From positions 74,991-138,990 of the forward strand of contig JASEGJ010000001.1 of the NCBI GenBank assembly GCA_030018135.1: a DNA stretch of 64,000 nt, written 5' to 3'. Position 1 is the first letter of the stretch, and every line of letters begins with the position of its first letter. A program made the position numbers and the translations under genes. Origin of the DNA: Candidatus Hodarchaeaceae archaeon. GTDB lineage: Archaea; Hadarchaeota; Hadarchaeia; Hadarchaeales; Hadarchaeaceae. The notes below the pieces were generated by a model that worked only from the letters and a program-made list of their open reading frames with translations, ran no database searches and was not told where the DNA came from. This document shows, piece after piece, positions 1 to 10,833 of this stretch.

Positions 1-7
1 GATAGAC

Positions 8-577
8 ATGGGCTATGTTCAAAACGCTGATGTCCTCCACATCTCTGGGTATTCGTTCCTCAGGGATCCCCAGAGGGAAGCCGCTTTGAAGATACTTGAC
101 GGAGCAAAAAAGGCTGGAACCTTCATCTCCTTCGATGCAGGGATCTTGCCAACCATGAAGGTCGCGAATCGTTTACGTGGAGTTCTGCGATCGGTCGATC
201 TGTTGTTCCTAAGCGAGACGGAGGCCGAGTTGTTGATGGGCGTTAAAAATCCTGAAAATGCGGCCAGATGTTCTCTCAAGTTAGGGCCGAAGATCGTTGT
301 GTTGAAATTGGGGGAAAGGGGCTGCCTCGTGTTGACCGAAGGGAAGGAAATCCTTTCACCTGCTTTCGATGTAAAGGTTGTGGACACCACGGGAGCTGGC
401 GATGCCTTTGACGCTGGCTTTCTCATTGGCGTCATTGAGGGGTGGAATCACGAAAAGGTCGCGCGATTCGCCAACGCCGTTGGGGCCCTCTCCGCCATGA
501 AGGTTGGGGCCAGGGCAGCCCTGCCAACCACGGGAGAAGTCGAAGGATTTCTGAGGAGATTTAGAGCAGGGAATTGA
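8..577 (+). CDS. PfkB-family carbohydrate/nucleoside kinase, C-terminal part (5' end outside window)
   Basis: DTTGAGDAFDAGF ribokinase/PfkB signature near C-terminus; ORF runs off the window start. Confidence 0.7.
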   Translation: MGYVQNADVLHISGYSFLRDPQREAALKILDGAKKAGTFISFDAGILPTMKVANRLRGVLRSVDLLFLSETEAELLMGVKNPENAARCSLKLGPKIVVLKLGERGCLVLTEGKEILSPAFDVKVVDTTGAGDAFDAGFLIGVIEGWNHEKVARFANAVGALSAMKVGARAALPTTGEVEGFLRRFRAGN

Positions 578-656
578 TCTAAAAATCAAATGTGGAAACT
601 ACGCCAACACCAACTACTTAATTTACCATCCATCTATAGAGTGAAGGGGCCTAAAC

Positions 657-917
657 ATGAGCACGGTTGAAATTGAAATACTTGGAATTGTCGCCGCCAT
701 TTTGGTAAACGCGGCCTCAATTCCGCAGGTGTTAAAAACGGCCACGACGAAGCAGGTGAGAGACATTTCCTTACCCTTTTGGATGATATTGCTCATGGGC
801 GCCTTCCTCTGGGCTATCTATGGGATTTTGGTTCGCGGGATTGCCCTCATCCTGTCCAGTCTAGTGACCTGTAGCTTGTGCTTGACGATGATAGCATTAA
901 TTTTGAGGTATAGGTGA
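657..917 (+). CDS. semiSWEET / PQ-loop (MtN3-saliva) small membrane transporter
   Basis: 86 aa, three hydrophobic helices; SIPQVLKT...DISL...WAIYG pattern typical of PQ-loop semiSWEETs. Confidence 0.55.
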   Translation: MSTVEIEILGIVAAILVNAASIPQVLKTATTKQVRDISLPFWMILLMGAFLWAIYGILVRGIALILSSLVTCSLCLTMIALILRYR

Positions 918-1675
918 TGACCGTGCGATTGAAAAAGCGAATACAACCGCACATCATGTGCGGCGTGGGTGATGTCGCGAGATACGTCCTCCTTCCGGGC
1001 GATCCAAGGAGGGTGGAGAGGATCGCATCGTTTTTCAAGGAAGCGCGAAAGGTCGCGGAGTACCGGGGATTTGTGACCTATACCGGCAAAGTCGACAGGG
1101 TGGAAATCTCGACCTGCTCGACGGGCATCGGATGCCCGTCCGCAGCCATCGTCGTGGAGGAGCTCGCTAGAATAGGTGCTCAAACTTTGATCAGAGTCGG
1201 CACGACCGGGGCCCTGCAACCAGAGATAGAGGTCGGCGATATAATCATCGCCACCGCGGCCGTGCGCGCGGACGGCACGAGCAAGGTCTATGTACCGGCT
1301 GAGTATCCAGCTGTCGCGGACTTCGGCGTGGTTTCGGCGCTTACCAAAGCCGCGGAAAAATTGGGCACGAAAGCTCACGTCGGAAAGGTCGTGAGCACCG
1401 ATGCCTTTTACGCCGGTCAGCTTGATATCTGGGGCAAGGCGAACGTGCTATCGGCTGAGATGGAGTGCTCGACCATCTTCACCGTCGCTGGACTCAAGGG
1501 GCTTAGGGCCGGGGCAATTTTAGCCGTCGATGGCAACCTTACAAGGGGGGTCAAAAAGGGAGAGTTCGAGCCCGGCGAAAAAACCGGAGAGCTGGATGAG
1601 CGCGTGCAAAGGGCGATCGATAAGGAAATCGAGATCGCGATCGAGGCTGTGAAAATTTTGGAAGGAACTAAATAG
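914..1675 (+). CDS. nucleoside phosphorylase (PNP/UDP family; uridine- or purine-nucleoside phosphorylase)
   Basis: RVGTTGAL...GDIIIATAAVRADGTS and ECSTIFTVA motifs of PNP_UDP_1 family. Confidence 0.75.
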   Translation: MMTVRLKKRIQPHIMCGVGDVARYVLLPGDPRRVERIASFFKEARKVAEYRGFVTYTGKVDRVEISTCSTGIGCPSAAIVVEELARIGAQTLIRVGTTGALQPEIEVGDIIIATAAVRADGTSKVYVPAEYPAVADFGVVSALTKAAEKLGTKAHVGKVVSTDAFYAGQLDIWGKANVLSAEMECSTIFTVAGLKGLRAGAILAVDGNLTRGVKKGEFEPGEKTGELDERVQRAIDKEIEIAIEAVKILEGTK

Positions 1676-1692
1676 CGCACCGTTTCTTGAAT

Positions 1693-2499
1693 TTAGCGCC
1701 TTTGGAGCTGCCGCAGCTTTTTCACCTCCGCCATGAATGCCATCACCCGCGCGCCATCGACCGGATTCTCGACGATCCCGCCCGCCTTAAAGCTCGTGCC
1801 AACGATTGCGCCGTCCGCATGCTCGAGTAGTTTTGCTACGTTCTGCCTTGTCGTCCCGCTCCCGATCAAGACGGGTTTCTCGGGCACCGCTTTCTTCACC
1901 TTTAAGAGGCTCTGCAGTTCCGGCGCCTCACCAGTCCTGGCGCCCGTAATTATCAGGGCATCGGCGAAGCCTCTGTACGCCGCGTCCTTTGCGGACTCCT
2001 CGATCGGCCTCGCGCTCAAAAGCGCCCCGTGCTTCACGTGAACATCTGCGAAGATCTTGATCCCCTCGGCCCCCAGGCGGCGGCGGTACCTGATCAACTC
2101 GGGCGCACATGCCTCGATGATTCCTTGATCGCTGACGATGGCCTCCGTGAAGACATTTACGCGTATGAACTCGCCGCCCGCGGCGTTTGCTATGGCCAGC
2201 GCCGCCTTGGCATCGTTTCTGAGCACATTGATGCCAACGGGCACATCCACCGCGTCTACCACCTCTTTGGCTATCGAAGCCATTGCTGAAACCGTCTCCG
2301 GGCCGACGTTCGCCTTCAGGTATGGGGCGTCCCCAAAGTTCTCAATCGTCAGGCCGTCGATGCCCCCCGCCTTTAAGGCTTTGGCGTCCTGAAGGGCGCG
2401 CTCGACGATATCGTGGACGTCTCGACCATCGTATCTTGGGGAGCTGGGTAGCGGGGGGAGGTGAACCATGCCGATGATCGGCTTTTCCGCCCCAAACAT
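1693..2499 (-). CDS. BtpA/SgcQ family TIM-barrel protein
   Basis: N-terminal IIGMVHLPPLPSSPRYDG matches BtpA family start; about 268 aa. Confidence 0.6.
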   Translation of the reverse strand: MFGAEKPIIGMVHLPPLPSSPRYDGRDVHDIVERALQDAKALKAGGIDGLTIENFGDAPYLKANVGPETVSAMASIAKEVVDAVDVPVGINVLRNDAKAALAIANAAGGEFIRVNVFTEAIVSDQGIIEACAPELIRYRRRLGAEGIKIFADVHVKHGALLSARPIEESAKDAAYRGFADALIITGARTGEAPELQSLLKVKKAVPEKPVLIGSGTTRQNVAKLLEHADGAIVGTSFKAGGIVENPVDGARVMAFMAEVKKLRQLQRR

Positions 2500-2655
2500 T
2501 CCCCTCAGGATTTTATCCCCAGCTGTGGCGATTTTAGGGATTTTCCCACCCGCTTTCTGTAAATTCCTCTTTCCATTTTACCGTTGCCCTGCCCTTTTCA
2601 TGCAACCGCCCAACCTATTGGTTCCAGGTCGCCGACCATATGTCCGGATTAAGGG

Positions 2656-3657
2656 CTATTCCCTAATGTATGGCTTGCCTAGAGCTTTGGGGAAGGGTCT
2701 CCTGCCGATGAAAATTGTGACAATCACGAGAGGGACGATGTAAGGGACCATCTTGAGGAAATATGGCAAAAATGGGTATACCTTGGCGCCCGGCGTGATC
2801 GCCACTGTGTAAGCGAGGGCTTCGGCGAAACCAAAGATAAAGGCACCAGCGAGGGCGAGCAGTGGCGAGAGCCCCGCGAACACCACGCAGGCCAAGGCGA
2901 TGAAGCCCCTGCCCGCAGCTATTTCCTTCACGATGCCGTCGAACCAAGCAAGAGACATGAAGACCCCGCCCAAACCTGCCATCGCTCCCCCTAGGGTACA
3001 AGTGAACATTCGGATGTGGTCAACCCTTTGGCCTGCGACATCGGCCGCCTCGGGTTTCTCCCCAGCGGCCTTTATTTTGATGCCGAGGAACGTTCGGTTC
3101 AAGATGATATGGGCTATGATGGGTACTGCTATGGCGACGAAAATTACCGGACTCAAGAGCCCTATGGGGGTTAATATTTTTGGCACCAAAAACTCCTTAC
3201 GAACCAAGTGGATTCCAGGAAATGCCCAAATGGCCATCAGGAGGAAGGGGAGGAATCCTATCCCAAATACATTGATGCCCATCCCCGCCACGACTTGGTT
3301 CGCCCTCGCGTAAACGCTCATCAAGCCAAAGATAAACCCGATAAAAGCACCCACCAGCGACCCCACTAAAAGTCCGGCTATCCCACTCCCTAAGCGCTCA
3401 GCTCCGAAAACTCCAATAACGCAGCTTACGAGGAAAATCCCCTCCAGCCCGATGTTAACGACCCCAGCCTTTTCGTTGATACACTCCCCCGTAGCTGCGA
3501 GAGCCAATGGTGTCATCGCGAACAAGCCACTCCTGATTATATCCTTCGGTGGAACGCCAGCCCGATCCAGCAAATAAAGGAAGACGGTGATGGCGATCAA
3601 ACTAATGGCGTACGCAAGAACCCTCTTAGAGAGACGTATGCGACCTATAGTAATCAT
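2656..3657 (-). CDS. ABC transporter permease (BMP-family nucleoside/simple-sugar ABC system)
   Basis: polytopic membrane protein; same operon as BMP lipoprotein and tandem-NBD ATPase. Confidence 0.75.
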   Translation of the reverse strand: MITIGRIRLSKRVLAYAISLIAITVFLYLLDRAGVPPKDIIRSGLFAMTPLALAATGECINEKAGVVNIGLEGIFLVSCVIGVFGAERLGSGIAGLLVGSLVGAFIGFIFGLMSVYARANQVVAGMGINVFGIGFLPFLLMAIWAFPGIHLVRKEFLVPKILTPIGLLSPVIFVAIAVPIIAHIILNRTFLGIKIKAAGEKPEAADVAGQRVDHIRMFTCTLGGAMAGLGGVFMSLAWFDGIVKEIAAGRGFIALACVVFAGLSPLLALAGAFIFGFAEALAYTVAITPGAKVYPFLPYFLKMVPYIVPLVIVTIFIGRRPFPKALGKPYIRE

Positions 3658-4796
3658 TTGGCCTTCCTCCTTATTAATGCTAGAAGTCCAGGCAAAGCCA
3701 TAGCTATGATGATGACTCCTTGGATGGCCCCCACGAGCTCAGAACTTATTCTTATATCGAATTCCATGAACCTGCCCGAGTGCGCTAACCCTCCGAAGAA
3801 TATCGCCGCAGGTATTATGCCTATTGGGTGGTTTCTACCCACTAAAGCCACCCCTATCCCGGCGAACCCATAACCCATCAAATCGCCCAGGGTCGCATGG
3901 AACCCCCATTTTTCCGGCCTTACCGCCAAACTGGCCCCAGCGAGCCCAGCTACCAGCCCGCCGATGATGAAGCTGAGGAATATCGCACGTGAAATACTCA
4001 TCCCAGCGTATCGGGCAGCATCCGGGTTATCTCCGACCAACCTGAGCTCGTATCCCGGGTGCATGCGCCACAAAAATATGTAAACTCCGATGCAGACGAG
4101 GAGAGCGATAAATATCACGGCCGTCAGGCTACCCGCAAGCACGGGGTAGCGTGCAGTGGGCAGAGCCTCCTTGGTTATGTGCGCCCAAATCCCCCTGAGA
4201 TGATAAATTGCTAGGTACATAACGAGGTAGAAGGCCATCCAATTGAGCATGATGGTAGATATGACCTCGTGAACCCCTTTCCATATTTTAAGTAAAGCCG
4301 GTAGGACGGCCCAAAGGGCACCTGCTAACATCGCGAAAACCGTGACTGCGAACACGTGAAAGCCTGAGGGTAAGGCAACATGCGCCGCCATCCAAGATGC
4401 GGCCGCTGCCCCTATGTATAATTGCCCCTCGGCACCGATGTTAAAGAGCCCCGCCCTCACGCCGACCGCAAAGGTAAGCGCCGTTAGCATGTAAGGTGTC
4501 GCAAACGCAAGTGCAAACATGAATTCCCTTGTCATAAAAGTCCTTTTTGCGATGAATATACCATATCCCTTGAGCATCGAAATATACCCTTCTATCGGGT
4601 CGTGACGAAATATGATCATAATCAGGGCTCCGACGATCAATCCTACAAATATAGCAAACGCGGATTCAATCAATGGGCGTTTAAGTCCCCGGATGTAGCC
4701 CATGAAAAGGTTCGGCAACTTAGAAATCATAGATTGAGAGAGGCGCAGGCGCACGAATTCACCCACATCCATTGGTTTTAACCAAGTATTTAACAT
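3654..4796 (-). CDS. ABC transporter permease (second permease of BMP-family system)
   Basis: polytopic membrane protein; 4-nt overlap with downstream permease. Confidence 0.75.
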   Translation of the reverse strand: MLNTWLKPMDVGEFVRLRLSQSMISKLPNLFMGYIRGLKRPLIESAFAIFVGLIVGALIMIIFRHDPIEGYISMLKGYGIFIAKRTFMTREFMFALAFATPYMLTALTFAVGVRAGLFNIGAEGQLYIGAAAASWMAAHVALPSGFHVFAVTVFAMLAGALWAVLPALLKIWKGVHEVISTIMLNWMAFYLVMYLAIYHLRGIWAHITKEALPTARYPVLAGSLTAVIFIALLVCIGVYIFLWRMHPGYELRLVGDNPDAARYAGMSISRAIFLSFIIGGLVAGLAGASLAVRPEKWGFHATLGDLMGYGFAGIGVALVGRNHPIGIIPAAIFFGGLAHSGRFMEFDIRISSELVGAIQGVIIIAMALPGLLALIRRKAK

Positions 4797-4888
4797 TCAG
4801 TTCTATAGTTCTTATAATTGGGAACAAACTTAGAAACAAGTTCGTTTTTTTAAAGGTAAGGCAAAAAATAAAAAGAGAAAGGAGTGGG

Positions 4889-6181
4889 TTAGCCAAGGAT
4901 GGCTCGCCACTCCTTAACCGCGTTCTCAGTTACCGCCAGTGGAACTTCGACTGCGCCAGTACGTATCTTGCTCTCCAACTCCGCGACCGCTCCCCATATC
5001 CAAGCGGGTTGGTTGTCCCTCATCTCCGCTACTTTTTCCTTGATCCACTCGGGCGGCCCGGGAAGTACCGGCTCTCCGGTCAGTTCCTCCGCCTTCACGC
5101 CCATCTTGATGAACTCATCTAGGTCCGCGAGGGTGCTGACGGATATCCCCTCCATCGGTATTCCAAGTACGGTGGTGCCGATCCCGAGCACTATCTCATT
5201 GCCGTACTCCGCCACAGCCTCTCTGAATTTGTTTTCCAGAACCAGCTTGGTGGCGTAGTAGACGCCGTAGTCGACCCTCTTCATCATGCTGGCGATGACG
5301 AACCCGGGGTTTATCCAGTCCTGATTCGCGTCCACGCCTATCCAGAAGGGCGGCCCCGCTTTCAGCCTATCCCTAGTGGCGATGTCCTTCACCGCGCTGT
5401 TTATCCCAAGCCCGAGCGGCCCCGCTATGTTGTAGACAGCGACGGCACCCTTCTCGTACATCGGCACGGCGGTTAGGTAACCCTTCGTGATGTCGCTGAA
5501 TGTTCCGGTGTAATCATATAGGACCCTCTTATCCCTGGGCGTGTTATAGATGCCCCGCTTCATCTCGGGCTTGTTGTTCTCGATCCAGCCCATGGCCCAG
5601 TCGCATCCCCACTTGTAGCCTATTTCGAACTTCCAAAGGACGGGGATCTCAATTCCAAAAACGCCACCGATGTAAGGTTTGTCGTAGTAGGCTGCAAGCA
5701 GGCCGCCGAGCGCGCCGACTAAGGCACTTCCCTTGTGCTCCTCGTACACCACATCAAGCAAGTTCGGCTGTGGATCCACCCACTTGGTAAATGTGTCGAT
5801 GCCCACGAAATTTTTATCCGGGAACTCCTTGGCCACCTCGATGAGGGCGTGGGTCAATAGGAACCCAACCCCGACGATAAGCTTCACATCTGGATCTAAA
5901 GCAGCTGTCCTCAGGTTCGGAACGTAGTCGGCTTCAACCATACTAATAATTTCCTTCATCTCAACGCCGAAATCTCTCTCGGCGTCGTCACCGCCCTTGA
6001 ACGCCATATCGTTAAAGCTCAGGTCCCCTCTCCCGCCGATGTCGGAGACCACGGCTATCTTGAACACCGCTGGCGGCTTCACCGGAGGCCTTGTAGCGAC
6101 ATATGCACCAATTACAGCTGCGGCGATGATTATGATTACTATAGCAATAGCTGTAGTCTTGGCAACTCCCTCATTGTCCAA
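4889..6181 (-). CDS. BMP-family (Med/PnrA-like) ABC substrate-binding lipoprotein
   Basis: N-terminal membrane anchor, IAVVSDIGGRGDLSFND motif of basic membrane protein family. Confidence 0.75.
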   Translation of the reverse strand: MDNEGVAKTTAIAIVIIIIAAAVIGAYVATRPPVKPPAVFKIAVVSDIGGRGDLSFNDMAFKGGDDAERDFGVEMKEIISMVEADYVPNLRTAALDPDVKLIVGVGFLLTHALIEVAKEFPDKNFVGIDTFTKWVDPQPNLLDVVYEEHKGSALVGALGGLLAAYYDKPYIGGVFGIEIPVLWKFEIGYKWGCDWAMGWIENNKPEMKRGIYNTPRDKRVLYDYTGTFSDITKGYLTAVPMYEKGAVAVYNIAGPLGLGINSAVKDIATRDRLKAGPPFWIGVDANQDWINPGFVIASMMKRVDYGVYYATKLVLENKFREAVAEYGNEIVLGIGTTVLGIPMEGISVSTLADLDEFIKMGVKAEELTGEPVLPGPPEWIKEKVAEMRDNQPAWIWGAVAELESKIRTGAVEVPLAVTENAVKEWRAILG

Positions 6182-6281
6182 AAGCCTTCTTATCTTATCA
6201 CCTCCTTTTTAGTTGTAAAGCATTTTTAATAATAAGGCTTTCGGATATCGAATCTATCAACTTTCGTCCCCTTTGTGGCTA

Positions 6282-7883
6282 TCAAACCTTCGAGCCGGCC
6301 ATCATCAGCCCTATCTTCTCCACCTTTGCCCTCGCCGCATCCACCGTGCCAACGATCTTACCCTCAAAAATTACGGCGATGCGGTCGCTCAGGGACATCA
6401 CCTCGTCTAGGTCCTCCGAGACGAGTAGAATTGCCGTACCCTTTTCCTTCAGCCTCAGGAATAGGTCGTGAGTATGTCTGAGCGCCTTGAGGTCGAGCCC
6501 GTAGGTCGGGTGAACCGCGACGATCAAGCGCGGCTCCCGCCAAGTCTCCCTGGCAAGGATGAGCCTCTGGATATTCCCGCCCGAGAGTATCCTCGTCTCA
6601 GTCCGCCAGAGGTCGGGCACCATTATATCGTACTCAGAAACCATCCGCTCGGTGTGTCGAGTTATGAATGAACGATTGAGGAATGTCCACCTTGAAAAAG
6701 GCGAGGTCCTATAGTCCTTCATGATCAGGTTCTCGGCCGAGGTCATGCCTTCGGCAACTCCCATCCTCCTACGCTCCTCGGGGATATGGACCATGCCGGC
6801 CTCCATAAGTTTCTTGGGCGAATGATTCGTCACATCCTTGCCGAAGACGAGCACCTTGCCCTTTATGACCTCCCGCAGACCGGTGATCGCCTCGACGAGT
6901 TCGCTCTGGCCGTTGCCGGCTACGCCGGCTATGCCCAGTATTTCGCCCTCCCTCACCGTCAAGGAGATGCCTTTGACTGCCAGCAGCCCCTTCTCATCGA
7001 GCACATGGAGGTCCTTGACCTCCAACGCTACCTCGCCCAACTTGACGGGTTTCCTCTTCGGGCGGAACGTGACCTCCCGGCCCATCATCATCCTCACCAA
7101 TTCCCGCCTGTTCGTCTCCGAGGTCTTCCTCGTTCCAATCAGCTTGCCCAGCCTGAGCACGGTGACGCGATCGCTTACCTCCATCACCTCCTCGAGCTTG
7201 TGGGTGATGAACACGACCCCGCGTCCCTCCCTCGCCATCGCTCGTAGGATGGAGAAAAGCCTCTTGGACTCCTCCGGCGTCAGCACAGATGTCGGCTCGT
7301 CTAAAATGATCACCTCGGGTTCGTGATAGAGGGTCTTGAGTATCTCGACGCGCTGCTGCTCTCCAGCCGAAAGCTCCTCAACCCTAGCCTTTGGATCCAC
7401 CTTCAACCCATATCTATCGGATAACTCCCTGATCCTCTTCTCAACCTTGGAGAGGGGGAATGAGAAGTTGGATTCCGCTAGACCTAGGGCCACGTTCTCG
7501 GCGACCGTGAGCGGCCGCGCAAGCGTGAATTCCTGATGGACCATCCCTATTCCGTGTTCGAGCGCGTCCTTTGGGGATTTTATAGAGATGGGCTTTCCTC
7601 TGGCGTAAATTCGCCCCTTCGAGAGACTGTAGAATCCGGACAGGATGTTCGCTAGGACCGTCTTACCTGCTCCATTTTCCCCGAGCAGCGCATGAACCTC
7701 GCCTGACTTTACATCAAAGTTTATGCGGTCCAATATGAGGTGTTCCCAGACGCCGGGGAATCCCTTGCAGATTCCCTCCGCCCGCACCAAGATTTCCCCC
7801 AACTTCGGCTTTCGGGCGGCAGCACTCCTAGACCGCTTACTGCTCTCCCTTCGAAGCAGGATTTTTTTTAGAGGATTTAACAT
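6282..7883 (-). CDS. ABC transporter ATP-binding protein with tandem nucleotide-binding domains
   Basis: two Walker A (GENGAGKT, GVAGNGQS) and two signature/Walker B regions; start chosen at internal Met, longest ORF extends to 7982. Confidence 0.8.
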   Translation of the reverse strand: MLNPLKKILLRRESSKRSRSAAARKPKLGEILVRAEGICKGFPGVWEHLILDRINFDVKSGEVHALLGENGAGKTVLANILSGFYSLSKGRIYARGKPISIKSPKDALEHGIGMVHQEFTLARPLTVAENVALGLAESNFSFPLSKVEKRIRELSDRYGLKVDPKARVEELSAGEQQRVEILKTLYHEPEVIILDEPTSVLTPEESKRLFSILRAMAREGRGVVFITHKLEEVMEVSDRVTVLRLGKLIGTRKTSETNRRELVRMMMGREVTFRPKRKPVKLGEVALEVKDLHVLDEKGLLAVKGISLTVREGEILGIAGVAGNGQSELVEAITGLREVIKGKVLVFGKDVTNHSPKKLMEAGMVHIPEERRRMGVAEGMTSAENLIMKDYRTSPFSRWTFLNRSFITRHTERMVSEYDIMVPDLWRTETRILSGGNIQRLILARETWREPRLIVAVHPTYGLDLKALRHTHDLFLRLKEKGTAILLVSEDLDEVMSLSDRIAVIFEGKIVGTVDAARAKVEKIGLMMAGSKV

Positions 7884-8016
7884 CAAAAAGGCCTTCGCGT
7901 ATGACCTCTTAAAAGTGACCATCTTGGAAAAATATTGATTCTCGATAGCGCCGACGAATTTTGTTTCGGGGGCGCAACGCAAATAAATGGAGATGTAAGT
8001 TATCTAAGGGGTGATA

Positions 8017-8921
8017 TGGTGAAGTTCGAAAATATTACCTTTAGGACCGCGGACGGAAAAGCCTATCACTTGGAAATCGACCGCATCAACCCCAACATTC
8101 TGACGGCTGGCTCGCCCGGCCGCATACTCAAGATGGTTGAGTACCTGAAGGATGCCGAGATAATCGAAGGCGACCGAAAGATGACGGTCGTGCACGGCAA
8201 ATATCAAGGACTGCCGGTCTCGGCGTTTGCAACGGGCATGGGGCCGGCCAGCACCGCCGTGGTCCTGCCGGAGGCCCTCGAGGTGGCTGAGGGGCCGATC
8301 ACCATGTTGCGCCTCGGCACCTCCGGCAGCCTGCAGCCATTCGTTAAAGTCGGACATATGGTAATAAGCTCGGGCGTCGTCAGGGATGAGATGGCTACCA
8401 GAGCGGCGGTTGGGCCGGAATATCCAGCTGTTGCCGATCCGGCGCTCGTGCCCATAATGGCGGCGGCGGCGGAAAAACACGGCTACAGGCTGGGCGAAAA
8501 ATTGTGGGTGGGGATAATCCACGCTAAGGACGACCTATACTTCGTGGAGACGCCGCAGTTCTCACCCTCGACTGAACTCATGACCGCCAAGCTAGCGTCC
8601 TACAGGCGGATGGGCGTGCTCGCGAGCGAGATGGAGTTCTCGGTGTACTGCATCATGCGCGACTTCTATGAGGGGCGCAGGGACGACCGAGTAATGGTCG
8701 GCAATCTTTTGGCGGTGATAGCGTCCGCTCCCGAGGTTGAAGCGATAACCGTCAGCAAGGAGGACAAAAAGAGGATGGAGCACGATATGATTAAGATCGG
8801 CTTGGACACGCTGCTGTTGGTCAACCGACTCAGAGAGGGAAAAAGCGTAGATATCGACATCGATCAAGTTGTCAGAGGGATGATGCTCGTGCCGCCGCGG
8901 GGCAAGCTCCTCCGATCGTGA
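8017..8921 (+). CDS. nucleoside phosphorylase paralog (PNP/UDP family)
   Basis: LRLGTSGSL...ISSGVVRDE, SEMEFS motifs; second PNP copy flanking the ABC operon; probable start MVKFENITF. Confidence 0.7.
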
Positions 8922-9028
8922 AATAATGAAAAACCTATCCGCTCGAACCTGCAAAAATCGTGATCATTGCACTTGTTGATCCTACATCCGATTTCACCCT
9001 CTGCATAAAAGTCTTGATTCCTAAAAAG

Positions 9029-9113
9029 CGCCGGGGCTGGGATTCGAACCCAGGAGGCCCGAAGGGCCATCGGATCTCAAATCCGACGCCTTACCTGGCT
9101 TGGCTACCCCGGC
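9029..9113 (-). tRNA. tRNA-Ser(TGA), class II, no intron, CCA not encoded
   Basis: hand-folded cloverleaf: acceptor GCCGGGG/CCCCGGC, anticodon loop TTTGAGA, long variable arm GGCCCTTCGGGCC, T-loop TTCGAAT. Confidence 0.85.
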
Positions 9114-9146
9114 ATTAGAAGTATCCACGAGAAAGTAAAAAAGAGG

Positions 9147-9455
9147 TTAGGTCTTGAGTTCGATTTCGATGCTGACTTCCTCGGGCACCTGAACGCGCAT
9201 GATCTGTCGCATCGCCCGCTCGTCCGCCTCCATATCGATTAGGCGCTTGTGAACCCGCAGCTCCCACTTGTCCCAGGTGATCGTACCCTCGCCATCAGGT
9301 GCCTTCTTGGTGGGGATGACTATCCGCCTCGTCGGAAGCGGCACTGGGCCCGACTTTTTGACGCCCGTTCGCTCGGCGATCGCGACTATCTGCTTGCATA
9401 CCTCGTCGAGCTTCTTCGGGTCGGTGCTGGACAGACGTATTCTCGCCTTTTGCAA
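9147..9455 (-). CDS. rps10: 30S ribosomal protein S10 (uS10)
   Basis: 102 aa, typical uS10 sequence, follows EF-1alpha. Confidence 0.9.
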   Translation of the reverse strand: MQKARIRLSSTDPKKLDEVCKQIVAIAERTGVKKSGPVPLPTRRIVIPTKKAPDGEGTITWDKWELRVHKRLIDMEADERAMRQIMRVQVPEEVSIEIELKT

Positions 9456-9509
9456 GCTGGTCCCAACTATATCTAGGGTTAGTAGTTAGAATAAAAGATT
9501 TCAGCTAGC

Positions 9510-10769
9510 CTATTTCGCGGGCGTTAAGTCTATGCAAACGCCAGCCGCGATGGTCATGCCCATGTCGCGTATCGCAAAGCGGCTTAGCTGCGGGATTTCG
9601 GCCGCCCTTTCTATCACCATGGGCTTGGTCGGCGTAACCTTGATCGTCGCCATGTCGCCGCGCTTTATGAACTCCGGTTTCTCCTCCAGCACAGCGCCCG
9701 TCTTGGGATCGAGCTTCTGTGTTATCTCGCTTATGGTGCACGCCACCTGCGCCGTGTGCGCATGGAAGACCGGCGTGTAACCCGCGGCCACAACGGTCGG
9801 ATGCTGCAGAACCGCGATTCTTGCCGTGAACTCCTTAACCACAGTTGGGGGCGCCTTTGGGTGCCCGGCGACATCGCCGCGCCTTATCGCCGCCCTATCT
9901 ATGCCCCTCACGTTGAAGCCGATATTGTCGCCCGGAACTGCCTGCGGTATGGTCTCATGGTGCATCTCTATCGACTTGACCTCGCCGCTTACGCCCGCTG
10001 GCTCGAAGACCACGGTCTCGCCTGCCTTCAGCACGCCCGTTTCAACCCTGCCGACCGGCACCGTGCCAACGCCCGTGATCGAATATACATCTTGCACTGG
10101 TATCCTCAGTGGCTTGTCCATCGGTTTCTCGGGCACGACGAAGCTATCCAGCGATGAAAAGAAAACCTGCCCTGTGTACCACTTCATCTTTTCGCTGGGC
10201 TTGACGACGTTTTCGCCGTGAAATGCTGAGGCTGGCACGAATACGAACTTTTCCGGGTTTCTGTAGCCTATCCCCCTAAGGAGGTCTATTACCTCTCCCT
10301 TGAGCTTCTCAAATACGTCCTGCTTGTACCCGACTAGATCCATCTTGTTTATGGTCACGACGAGCTGCCCGACGCCGAGCGTGAAGGCAAGCGCGGCATG
10401 CTCTCGGGTTTGAGGCATTATGCCGTCGTCCGCCGCAACGACGAGCACGGCGGCGTCCGCCTGGCTGGCGCCTGTGATCATGTTCTTGACGAAGTCCCTG
10501 TGGCCGGGAGCATCGATGACGGTGAAATAGTACTTATCGGTTTCAAACTTTCGGTGGGCGAGATCGATCGTCAATCCGCGCTCTCGCTCCTCCTTAAGGG
10601 AGTCCATCACCCAGGCAAACTTGAAGGTTTTACCTTTATCACCCATTTCCTCGAATTTTTTGATCACGGATTCCTCAACTAGGCCCTTCTCAAAGAACAT
10701 GCGACCCAGCAGGGTGGACTTACCGTGATCCACATGTCCAATTACCACGAGGTTCATATGCGGCTTCGC
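9510..10769 (-). CDS. tuf: translation elongation factor EF-1 alpha
   Basis: [21 protein letters not shown] GTPase motifs; start at [10 protein letters not shown]. Confidence 0.95.
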   Translation of the reverse strand, partial: AKPHMNLVVIGHVDHGKSTLLGRMFFEKGLVEESVIKKFEEMGDKGKTFKFAWVMDSLKEERERGLTIDLAHRKFETDKYYFTVIDAPGHRDFVKNMITGASQADAAVLVVAADDGIMPQTREHAALAFTLGVGQLVVTINKMDLVGYKQDVFEKLKGEVIDLLRGIGYRNPEKFVFVPASAFHGENVVKPSEKMKWYTGQVFFSSLDSFVVPEKPMDKPLRIPVQDVYSITGVGTVPVGRVETGVLKAGETVVFEPAGVSGEVKSIEMHHETIPQAVPGDNIGFNVRGIDRAAIRRGDVAGHPKAPPTVVKEFTARIAVLQHPTVVAAGYTPVFHAHTAQVACTISEITQKLDPKTGAVLEEKPEFIKRGDMATIKVTPTKPMVIERAAEIPQLSRFAIRDMGMTIAAGVCIDLTPAK

Positions 10770-10833
10770 CATAATTATCTCCCCCATTAGATTATTCAAT
10801 ATAACTCAATAGTCCTATTAAAAAGCATTTCGA

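Noticed and set aside
8004-8522. 172-aa minus-strand ORF
   Set aside because: Lies entirely antisense within the well-supported PNP paralog; GC-rich antisense ORF artefact.
9249-9489. Two small plus-strand ORFs
   Set aside because: Antisense to rps10; no support.
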